NCBI RefSeq assembly: GCF_004010195.1
Contig: NC_057719.1
Location: 86,577,446 to 86,641,445 of the forward strand
Source: Chiloscyllium plagiosum
Lineage: Eukaryota
Direction: 5' to 3'
Length of the DNA stretch: 64,000 nucleotides
The notes under the pieces are model-generated. The model ran no database searches. It was not told the origin of the DNA and was given only the letters and a program-made list of their open reading frames with translations. This document shows positions 14,701 to 26,700 of this stretch, piece by piece (position 1 is the first letter of the stretch; each line of letters begins with the position of its first letter). Both the position numbers and the translations under genes were made by a program.

Positions 14701-17700
14701 GTCTCTAAGAGTGGGCATGCTCAAAAGAGGCCAAATGGTCTCCTTTAGTGCATGGAATTATATAACTTCATTATAACAATCATTGATGGAGAAATGGTAT
14801 CCCTATATGGCACTCTGACTCATCCTCTTTATAATTTACAGGTACCTGTTATAGCAATCCTTGCTTCAGGGGGTGGAATTCGAGCAATGACATCCCTTTG
14901 TGGTGCTCTGCATGGGCTGCAGCAGATACACGTCCTGGACTGTATAACCTACATGATTGGAGTGTCAGGATCAACTTGGTGAGTTGAGTTGAATTGATAA
15001 TGTATTTCTGTTAAATATCTTGCATGATCTGATGAAACTATTTCCCATTTTTGTATACGTAAGCCCCAGTATTGGTTAGTAGGCTACATGGAAGGGAATA
15101 TCTTTGAGGAGAAAGTGAGGTCTGCAGATGCTGGAGATCAGAGCTGGAAATGTGTTGCTGGAAAAGCGCAGCAGGTCAGGCAGCATCCAGGGAACAGGAG
15201 AATCGACGTTTCGGGCATAAGCCCTTCTTCAGGAAGGGAATAGTCAGCCAGAGAACCCAGTGCAGCCAGGAACATGAAGACTCTGTTGACCTTCATGACA
15301 GGACTACATATAATAATATTTCCTGCCTGACAGCCAACCTAGGCCATGAGCAGGTCCCTTTTCATTCTCAAGAAAACCTGAAAAATAAACTTTACATTTA
15401 TCTTCTAGGTCTACCTACATCTTTTGCATCTCAGAAAGGTTGACACTGCCCCTCATTATTCTGCTCAGGCTTCTGGTTGACATTGTAGGTTAGTGTCAAG
15501 AAAATTTAGCCCAATTAATTAGAGATCACAAACACAGATGGGACTGAGAACTGACAAGGATTTATTTAACAAACAGCGATATCACGGAAGAGACTTGACC
15601 CCACTGAAACAGTCACGGACAGGCTGTTCAGAGGAAGCCACAGCTTCTTCCCCAGAGAATACAGTGGAATTTTATACCCTTACAACAATGAAATGTGAGT
15701 TATGAGACAATGGTGTGAGTTGTACAACAAAGAGAAATAAAGTTCATTCATTGAAAAGATTCAAGTGTCCAGTATCTGACAATGAGTTTCTTAATTGACT
15801 CAGCAGATTCCAATCCTTGGCTGGAGTAGGCATTAGTGGTTTCATCCTGGTATCAATCTGTTCGTATTGTTGAGGGGGCAAGCGAAGTACCTTTTGGTTG
15901 AAGGCTTGACGCCTAGTGGGAGCAACTGTGCCCGAAGTACAGCAGACGTGCTGGGCTGTTGTGGAGTGCAAGGCTCATTATCAGTTAATCTTAAAAAGTA
16001 CATTCTCTTGGTCTGGGGCTGGATGAGTCATGTCCTGAGGTATATGTGATGTCTGGGGCGCTTGGTTTGGACAATTTGAGGCATTGTGGGTAGGCTTAGT
16101 GGCTACGTGCAGACATTTTGTGCTGTCTGTTTTGCGGCCATGTCATAGGGAGGCCAGGACCCATATTTTCTCCCACAGTTAGACACCGCATGGATTAAAC
16201 ACAGAGTAGAATTGCCTCTATAATGTCTCAATTTCCCATGGGAGGTACAGTACAAATTAGATACAGAATGAAGCTCTTCTGCAGTATGACATCAAATACA
16301 GCAAGAATTACTCTGGAAACAATGTTATGTTCTCCATCTCTATAAAAACTGATGATTTTTAAAAAGTTATTTGAATTTCCAGGTAATAACTGAAAGTGTG
16401 ATGCTGCAAGATTCTATTGTAACAAAAGATGTCATACTTTAATGACCTAATGCTATCTATCAAATAAGGTTTTATTCCCCTTGAACATAACTGAATAAAA
16501 CAGAACCAGTCCAAGGTTGTTCTCAACTCCCAAGTCTTTACTTCTGTTATTTTCCTTTCTTGGCCTAAAGAATATTCAATGTCAGAACTTCCTTCTACTG
16601 TGAGGAGTTTTCCCCAGAAGATCATGTTTCATTGTAGGCTGGGGAATCCTCTAGTTTAATTTTATGTCATTAAGAAAGCGCTCCAATTCTCATTCGCTTT
16701 TTGATTAGATTAGATTCCCTACAGTATGGAAACAGGCCCTTCGGCCCAACTAGTCTACACCGACCCTCCGAAGAATAATGCACCCAGACCCATTTTCCCC
16801 TACCCTATATTTACCCCTGACTAATGTGTGAATTTTGTCATGCGTGAATCGCAACAAGTTAGTGTGCAGGTACAGCACTTAATCAAAAGGCTAAATATAA
16901 AACCAAGTGCTTTAGATGCCAGAGATCTGGAATACAAACAAAATACTGGAGACCCCAGCAGATCTGGCAGCATCTATGTCGAGACAAACTGTCCACAGAT
17001 ATTGCCAGACCAGCTGAATTTCTCTAGCATTTTGTATGTAATCAAGAAGATTAATGGGAGCTTCAGTTAGTCAGGACATTGTGTGACCACATCGCAAATA
17101 CTGTGCACACTTTGGTTTCCTTATTTAAAGAAGGATGTAAATGTGTAGAGGCAGTTCAGAGGAGGGTTACCTAGAATGAGTGGGTGGGGAGGGAAGTGTA
17201 TCCCTAGTGGTGGGATCTGTTTGTAGGTGGTGGAAATGGAGGAGAATGATGCGATGTATCAGGAAGTAGGTGGAGTGGAAGGTGAGCACCAGGGGGGTTC
17301 TGTCCTTGTTGCGATTGGAGGGTTCAAGGGCAGAGGTGCAGGAAGTGGTGGAGATGCGCTGGAGGACATTGTCGATCACGTGGAAGGGGAAATTGCGGGC
17401 TTTGAAGGAGGACATCTGGGATGTCTATGGTAGAATTGGTCATCCTGGGAGCAGATGTGGCATAGGAATTGGGAATAAAGGATGACATTTTTACAGCAGG
17501 CAGGGTGGGAGGAGGTGTAGTCTAAGTAGCTGTGGGAATCGGTGGGTTTGTCGTAGATGTCCGTGGTTAGTCGGTCACCAGAGATGGAGACGTCTAGGAA
17601 GGGGAGGGAGGTTCTGCGATGGTCCAGGTGAATTTAAGGTCAGGGTGGAAGGTGTTGGTGAATTTGAACTGTTCAACCTCCTTGTGGGAGCACAAAGTAG

Positions 17701-20700
17701 TGCCGATACAGTCATCGACGTAGCAGAGGAAAAGGTGGAGAATGGTGCCGGTGTAGCTGTGGAAGATGGACTGCTTCACATACCCGATGAAGAGGCAGGC
17801 ATGACTGCAGTCTCCTCTACAATGGGCATTCAGGGCACCCAACTTGTGGATCATTTCAGAGAACATCTGAGACACCCACACCAACCAACTCCACCGCCAC
17901 GTAGCCGAACACTTTAACTCCCCCTCCCACTCCACCAAGGACATGCAGGTCCTGGGCTGCCTCTATCACCAATCCCGAACCACCTGACGCTTGGAAGAAG
18001 AACACCTCATAGCAAAGATCATTCTGGATAGGAGCGAGAGTGAAGAGTTGTTGTTATGAGGGTCTTTAACTTTCCAAATTTTGACTGGAAATACTATAGT
18101 TGGGTATACTATACTATACTTTAGATGGGTCAGTTTTGTCCAATGTGTGCAGGATTGTTTCCTGACACAGTATGTAGACAAGCCAACAAGGGGTGATACA
18201 AGGGTGGCACGGTGGTGGCTCAGTGGTTAGCACTGCTGCCTCACAGCACCAGGGTCCCAGGTTCAATTCCAGCCTTGGGTGACTGTCTCTCTGTGTGGAG
18301 TTTGCATATTTTCTCCATATCTGTGTGGGTTTCCTCCGGGTGCTCCGGTTTCCTCCCACACTTCCAAAGATGTGCAGATCAGGTGAATTGGCCATGCTAA
18401 ATTGTCCATAATGTTAGGTGCATCAATCAGAGGGAGGTGGGTCTGGGTGGGTTACTCTTCGGAGGGTTGGTGTGGACTTGTTTGGCCAAAGGGCCTGTTT
18501 CCACACTGTAGGGAATCTAATCTAATACTACATTGGATTTGGTACTGGGTAATGAACCTGGCCAGATGTTAGATTTTTAGTTAGGTGAGCACTTTGATAC
18601 TGACCACAATTAGGTTTGTTTACTTTAGTGATGGAAAGCAATGGGTATATTATGCAGGTCAAAAATTATTGCTGAGGGAAAGACAATTATGATGCGATTA
18701 GGCAAGATTAGGATGGGGAAGGAAACTGCAGGGGATGGGCACAATTGAAATGTGGAGCTTATTCAAGGAACAGCTACTGTGTGTCCTTGACAAGTATGTA
18801 CTGGTCAGGCAGGCAGGAAGTTGTCAAGCAAGAGAGCTGTGGTTTATGAAGAAGTTGAATCTTTTGTCAAGAAGAAAAAGATGGTAGGTGGAGGCAGGAC
18901 CCGGAGAAGTTATTGGCAGATAGGATCAAGGAAAATCCTAAAATTTTCTGTAGGTGTATCAGGAATAAAAGAATGACTAGAGTAAGATTGGGGCCAATCA
19001 AGGACAATAATGGGAAGTTGTGCGTGGAGTCCGAGGAGATGGGGAAGCGCTAAATAAATATTTGTCTTTCTCCATTGTGGATACTGACATGTTGTCGAGG
19101 AGAATAGAGTAGATGGGATTAAGGTTCATGAGGAAGTGTTAGCAATTCTGGAAAGTGTGAAAATAGGGAAGTCCCCTGGGCTGGCTGGGATTTATCCTAG
19201 GATTCTCTGGGAAGCCAGGGAGGAGATTGCAGAGCCTTTGACTTTGATCTTTGTCGACATTCTCTACAGGAATAGTGTCAGAAGACTGGAGGATAGCAAA
19301 TGCTGTCCCCTTGTTCAACAAGGAGTAGAGACAACCCTGGTAATTATAGACCAGTGAGCCTTAATTTGGTTGTGGGTAAAGTGTTGGAAAATGTTATGAG
19401 ACAGGATTTATAATCCTCTCGAGAGGAATAATTTGATTATTTGATTGAGGATAGTCAACACAGTTTTGTGAGGGGTTGTGCAGCCATTCATGAACATCCC
19501 CACTTCTGACCTTGCGATGGAAGGAAGATCATTTAAAAAGCAGCTGAAAACAGTGTGGAAAATAGAATTCAAGAGTGATATGGAGCAGTGATCACAAATG
19601 AAACCAGCAGCATATTGGGCCTCAACATACTCCCAATGCTGGGATTCAGGTAAACCAGCAATCTCAATAAGTTTTGATAATCATCACAGTTAGTCACCCA
19701 CAATAACCCTTTAATGATTATCACCTTTGTCATGCCTTCTAATACATCAACCTGGCAATCAACCTCTCGTCAGAAAAGCTTGTAAAACAAATGTAACTTC
19801 TCCCAGGTGTATGTCTACGCTGTATCAGGATGCCAATTGGTCTCTCAAGGATTTGAAAGTTCACATTGAGAAACTTAAGGAACAAGTGACTAAAAGCAAG
19901 ACCAGTGCCCTGTCCAAGGATCGTTTGGGGTATTACATCAATGCTTTGGTAGAGAAAAGTCGTTCAGGGCACAGTGTATCAATCACTGACCTGTGGGGAC
20001 TCATCATTGAATCATTTCTCTCTGGACAGGTACGGCCTTTGATAGCATTCTCTGTATTATCTCCACTCTCTGTATTACTGCTCCACACCACCACCTCCCC
20101 CCCCCCCCCCCCCCCCCCCCCCCACCCACACACACAATTCTCTCCCACCCCAAAAAAACTCTTTCACATAAAGTATGGTCAATGTACCTACAACACATGG
20201 AGTGCAGCAGTACCTTCACAAGGGCAATGAATGACTAATGTTACCCTTCCCTGTAATGTCTCTGTCGTGGAAATTAAATCGACTTGACTCAACTATTAGC
20301 AAGAGCGAAGAAAGGAGCTTTATTGTTACCTCTGCAGAAGTGACTCCAGTACACAAATGCTAGATGCCTTCATGTAAAGGAGTGCCTTAACATGGTACAG
20401 ACATATGCTTTATTCTGTTTCTTATCATGCTATCAAGGGCGAATCCCCTAGTCTTAGACATAACAGTTTCGCTTTCGCTGAGTTCGACTATCGCAAGGTC
20501 GAGTTGAATGTTTACAGAATTCAAACAGAGATAAGCTGACTACAGGCCTTCATCAAAGTATTGTTTAACTTCTACAGCATTAAGTTAAAGAAAATTTCAA
20601 ATTTCACAGTAAATGGATAATTAATTTCACAGTAAATGGATAATTAATTTCACAGTAAACGGATAATTTTCCATTACAGCCACCATCCCAAATTTAAAAC

Positions 20701-23700
20701 TTCATTAAGCTACCAGTTTTTCCACATGTGATCATTCTGTTGTGGTGTGGTGTTGATCCACTCAACAACAGATCTTCTCATTTCTGTACACCTTCCAATC
20801 CTGCTGGTTTGACTTCAATGAGCAATGTAACTAAGGAGAGAACAAATGAGGTGAATCCTGTTGCCTTCCAATGTACCCTTGATATGTAAGCAGCCATTGG
20901 CCAGAGTTTGTCACCCTGAAGTCATTCTGTACAATGTGAAAATGCATTGCCTCAGTTTAGATTGTGCTTGAAATTAAGCTGTCAAAATGTCAAAACCAAC
21001 ACTTCCGTTGCCAGTTTGCACTCAATGATGCAGTGACAGAGAAGAGGCACATCTTTATAACATTTTCAGTGGGTTTTTCACAGAGGTATCCAGCAGACCA
21101 TTTGGGAACCCTGGCTAATAATCAGATGTCTTTCTTTTTGTGACAACTAAAGAGTCATAGAGATGTACAGCATGGAAACAGACCCTTTGGTCCAACCTGT
21201 CCATACTCACCAGATATCCCAACCCGATCTAGTCCCACATGCCAGCACCCAGCCCATATCCCTCCAAACCCTTCCTATTCATATACCCATTCAAATGTTT
21301 CTTAAATGTTGCAATTGTACCAGCCTCCACCACATCCTCTGGCAGCTCATTCCATACACGTACCACCCTCTGCGTGAAAAACTTGCCCCTTAGGTCACTT
21401 TTATATCTTTCCCCTCTTACCCTAAACCTATGCCCTCTCGTTCTGGACTCCCCGACCCCAGGGAAAAGACTTTGTCCATTTATCCTATCCATGCCCCTCA
21501 TAATTTTGTAAACCTCTATAAGGTCACCCCTCAACCTCTGACGCTTCAGGGAAAACAGCCTCAGCCTGTTCAGCCTCTCCCTATAGCTCAAATTCTCCAA
21601 CCCTGGTAACATCCTTCTAAATCTTTTTAGATTACTTAGTGTGGAAACAGGACCTTCGGCCCAACAAGTCCACACCGACCCACCGAAGCGTAACCAACCC
21701 AGACCCATTCCCCTACATTTACACCTTCACCTAACACTACGGACAATTGAGCATGGCCACTTCACCTAACCTGCACATTTTTGGATTGTGGGAGGAAACC
21801 GGAGCACCCGGAGGAAACCCACGCAGACGTGGGGGGAATGCGCAAACTCCACACAGAGAGTCGCCTGAGGCGGGAATTGAACCCGGGTCTCTGGCGCTGT
21901 GAGGCAGCAGTGCTAGCCACTGCGCCGCCCACTTTTCTGAACCCTTTCAAGTTTCTCAACATCTTTCCGATAGGAAGGAGACCAGAATTGCATGCAATAT
22001 TCCAACAGTGGCCTAACCAATGTCCTGGACAGATGCAAGATGACCTCCCAACTCCTGTACTCAATACTCTGACCAATTAAGGAAAGCATACCAAATGCCT
22101 CCACTATCCTATCTACCTGCGACTCCACTTTCAAGGAGCTATGAAACTGCACTCCAAGGTCCCCTTGTTCAGCAACCCTTCGGAGGACCTTACCTTTAAG
22201 TGTATAAGTCCTGCTAAAATTTGCTTTCCCAAAATGCAGCACCTCACATTTATCTGAATTAATCTCCATCTGCCATTTCTCAGCCCATTGGCCCATGTGG
22301 TCCAGATCGTGTTGTAATCTGAGGTAACCCTCTTCACTGACCACTACACCTCCAATTTTGGTGTCATCTGCAAACTTACTAACTGTATCTCATATATTCG
22401 CATCCAAATCATTTATGTAAATGACAAAAAGTAGNNNNNNNNNNNNNNNNNNNNNNNNNNNNNNNNNNNNNNNNNNNNNNNNNNNNNNNNNNNNNNNNNN
22501 NNNNNNNNNNNNNNNNNNNNNNNNNNNNNNNNNNNNNNNNNNNNNNNNNNNNNNNNNNNNNNNNNNNNNNNNNNNNNNNNNNNNNNNNNNNNNNNNNNNN
22601 NNNNNNNNNNNNNNNNNNNNNNNNNNNNNNNNNNNNNNNNNNNNNNNNNNNNNNNNNNNNNNNNNNNNNNNNNNNNNNNNNNNNNNNNNNNNNNNNNNNN
22701 NNNNNNNNNNNNNNNNNNNNNNNNNNTTGACTATCCCTAATCAGTCCTTGCCTTTCCAAATACATGTACATCCTGGCAGCATCTGTAAGGAGAGAAAAGA
22801 GCTGACGTTTCACGTCTAACTGACCCTTTGACTCGAAACGTCAGCTCTTTTCTCTCCTTACAGATGCTGCCAGACCTGCTGAGATTTTTCCAGCATTTTC
22901 TCTTTTGGCTTCAGATTCCAGTATCCACAGTAATTTGCTTTTATACATGTATATCCTGTCCCTCAGGATTCCCTCCAACAACTTGCCCACCACCGAGGTC
23001 AGGCTCACCAGTCTATAATTCCCTGGCTTGTCTTTACTGCCCTTTTTTTTGTAAATATATTTATTAGCAATTTTTTTTAACTTTACAAACATAATATTAT
23101 TTTTAAAAAATCACAAATATCAGTATAATAAAAAGAAAAAAAACACAAATTACAATACAACTACTATCTACAACTATTAACCTACTCTATAATACAAAGC
23201 AAACCCTAACACTGTGCAAAGCAACACCAAAAAAACCACAAAATACAGAACAGCTATGCTCGACGCAAGGCTCCCAAAAAAGCAACGGGAGCATTGTATA
23301 CATACCCATATTAACTCAGGAGACCCCCTTCAGGGCTCAGGGCTTGACAAATCTAATCATCCTGGTTAAACAAACGGCCTAGTTAAGATAACTGATAAAT
23401 CTATATCCAAATAACTCAAGTAGGGCTGCCATGTGTTATAAAAATTGTCTGTTGTGTGGTGCACCATGTTTGTGAAAAAGTCCAAGGGAATGTGGTCCAT
23501 AATTAATTTCTGCTATCCCAGCAAGCCCGGCGGGTTCTCAGACACCCAATTCATCAGAATATTTTTCCGTGCACAGTATGCAAGAATATTAAATAGTTTC
23601 TTCCCATTCCCGTCAAAAATGGTAATTTCGGTAGACCTAAGAAGAGAGAGATCAGGTCTACTTTGACTGTAGTCCTCAATACCCTCCCTATCTCTCCCGT

Positions 23701-26700
23701 CACTGCGCTTCAATAAACACGGAGCCTGTGGCACATCCAGAAGCAATGGGTAAGAGTACCTACACTTATTTTACATTTGGTGCACACTGAAGATGCCCCT
23801 TTTTTAAACTTCGCCAGACGGTCTGGGGCCAGATGAGCCCTGTGCAGAATTTTTAACTGCGTTGCGCATGTCCTGTTACAGATTGAGCATTGTCCCATAT
23901 GTTCTCCCATGTTTCAGAAGAAATCTCCACTCCCAGCTCTTGCTCCCAGACCTCACGTAACCGGTTAATAGCTTGCCAGGCCCTGCCACCCAGCAGGCGA
24001 TAGAGGGCACTAACCGAAAGGGTGCTTGTGGAACATAGGAACAACCTCTCTGTATTGGGCTTATAGGGCTTAGTGAGAAGCGTAGTCGTCTTCTGAATGA
24101 AATCCCTAACCTGAAAAAAACGAAAAAGATCTCTGCTGGGCAACCCGTATTTGCGGCTCAGTTGCTCAAAAGACATCATAACCTCTCCCTCAAACAAGTC
24201 TCCCAAACTAGAAACTTCTCTCGCTGCCCATAGTTTGAACCCTGAGTCCATCATCCCTGGTTGGAACCCTGGTATGCCAACTATAGGTGTAAGTGGTGAA
24301 GTCTTGGATAAACAACCCTCACTCAGACGCATCGCCCTCCATGCCTTGACCGTATTAATGACAATGGGGTTCCGGCAGTGGTCCATAACTGTCCTCATCT
24401 TATCCATGAACAATAGGTTAATAAGAGGGCACTTTGCCTGGGAGGCCTCAATATTCAGCCATATTGAGTTTGGATTGTTACCTACCCAATCGCAGACAAA
24501 GGACATCAGGAAACTCAATTGATACCTCCTGATGTCTGGGAAATCAACTCCTCCTCCTCCTCCTTGAGGCAACTGCAATTTAGTAAGTTTGATGAGGGGC
24601 TGCCCACGATGCCAGACAAAGGAACCAAACCACCCCATAAGCTTCCGCAGCGTTGACCTGGGAAACATTATAGGGAGCATACGCATGGGATAAAGCAAAC
24701 GAGGAAGAACATTCATCTTAACGAGAGATATTCGGCCCAGCCATGAAATTGGAAGAGCCTCCCATCTCTGGAGATCTTGCCTAATATTGTCGAGCAAGTG
24801 AGCAAAGTTAGTTCAAGATAACAGATCAAACTTGGGGGTAATAAAAATGCCTAGATACCGGAACACTGCCCGTGACCACTTAAAAGGGAACTTAGAGCCA
24901 CCTTCAACTTCTGGCACATCCTTAAGGTTCTCCAAAGGCATAGCCTCCGATTTTGCAAAGTTAATCTTATATCCTGAAATAGCCCCAAATGAATTGATAC
25001 AGTGTATCAAATGGGGTACGGAGGTGATCAGAAGGACATCATCTGCGTACAGTGTAATCTTGTGTGCCCTCGATCCCACGTCCGGAGCAGTTATGTGGAC
25101 GTTCTGACTAATGGCCTCTGCTGGCGGCTCTATCACCAATATGAACAACAATGGTGAGAGGGGCAGCCTTGCCGACTACTCCTAGCAATCGTAAAATTCC
25201 CAGACTTCACTCAATTGGTGATGACCGCGGCCAGAGGGTGGCGATATAAAACCTCCACCCACCCAGCAAAGACTCCACCCAACCCAAACTGTTCTAAGAC
25301 ATAAAAAAGATACAGCCATTCCACCCAGTCAAATGGGTCAAATCGCCAACCTCTGAATCGATCGTTGCTGACAAACTTGGACAAACTTGGACCACATTCA
25401 ACAACCTTCTAATATTATTAGAGGACCTACGGCCCCTTATAAAGCCTGTCTGGTCCTCTTTAATAATATGGGGCAACACCCTTTCCAATCTCAGCGCCAG
25501 GATCTTGGACAGAATCTTGAAGTCTGAATTTAATTTAATAGAGAGATGGGCCTGTATGAGGAACAATCCTCAGGAACCTTCCCCTTCTTAAGAATTAAGG
25601 AAATATTAGCTTCTCTCAAAGATGGCGGTAGGCGTTCATGCATATAGGAGTGATTGTACATCTCCAACATTGGCCCTGACAGAATCCCTATAAACACCTT
25701 ATAAAACTCACCCGGAAAATAAACTTGGCCAGGCCCTTTCCCATTCTGAAGTTGCCTAGCTGCCTCCTGTATTTCCTGAACTGTCAAGGGGACATTAAGG
25801 AGAGAGGCCTGTTCCAAGGTTACGCCTGGGAGGTCCAGGTTCTTAAAAAAAGTCTCCATTTTAGCACTCCTGTCTTCGCAACCTTCAGACCGATACAATT
25901 CAGAGTAAAAGCTCCGAAAGCCTCATTAATCTTTTTAGCATCGCATGCAAGGACCCCAGCGCTGTCTCTGATTGCAGTAATGGATTGGGGAGCATGCCTT
26001 TTCCTAGTCAGGTAAATACTTCCCTGGCCTATCCTCATATTCGAACAGCTTCTGTCTAGCAAAAGCAAGTTCTTTCTTTGCGTTTTGTGTCAGTATTGAA
26101 TTCAAGGCAGCCCGAAGGGCCGTGATCTGCTATAGCTTAGTCACCGAAGGCTGCGCAAAATGTGCTGCCTCCGCAGCTTTCAACCGCGTCTCAAGTAGAC
26201 ACTGCTGTTCCTCCTTCTGTCATTTCTGGCTAGCCGAAGAGGAAATAGCTAATCCCCTAGCAAAGGCCTTAGCAGTCTCCCATAGCATGGACTGACTACT
26301 AGCTGTGTCTGAGTTGATAGTCAAGAATTCCTGAAACCCCTTCAAAAAGTATTCCACAAATTTGGAATCCTTAAGGAGAAAAGGGTCCAAACGCCAGTGC
26401 CGCAAACCTAACCCTTCACTCTTGGCCTTGACCTCCAAATATACTGCTGTGTGATCAGAGATAGCTATATTCCCAATTTTACAACTCCTAATCAAATTCA
26501 GAAGGGCCAAGGGAGGCAGAAAGAGGTCAATCCTCGTGTCACATTTATGTGGGTTTGAAAAAAAGGTGAAGTCCATACCGGTAGGGTGAAGACCTCTCCA
26601 AATATCCACCAGCACCAACTCCTCACATAAGTCAACCACCTGCTTGGCCTGCGAATAAATAGTTGGGACCCACAAGGCATCCTGTCCATTGTTGGACCCA

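Noticed and set aside
20600..20668. CRISPR-like array
   Set aside because: Head-to-tail 23-bp units with no spacers, in a eukaryotic context.
23853..24797. 314-aa ORF as a host gene
   Set aside because: It is a frameshift-bounded piece of L1/Tx1 ORF2.
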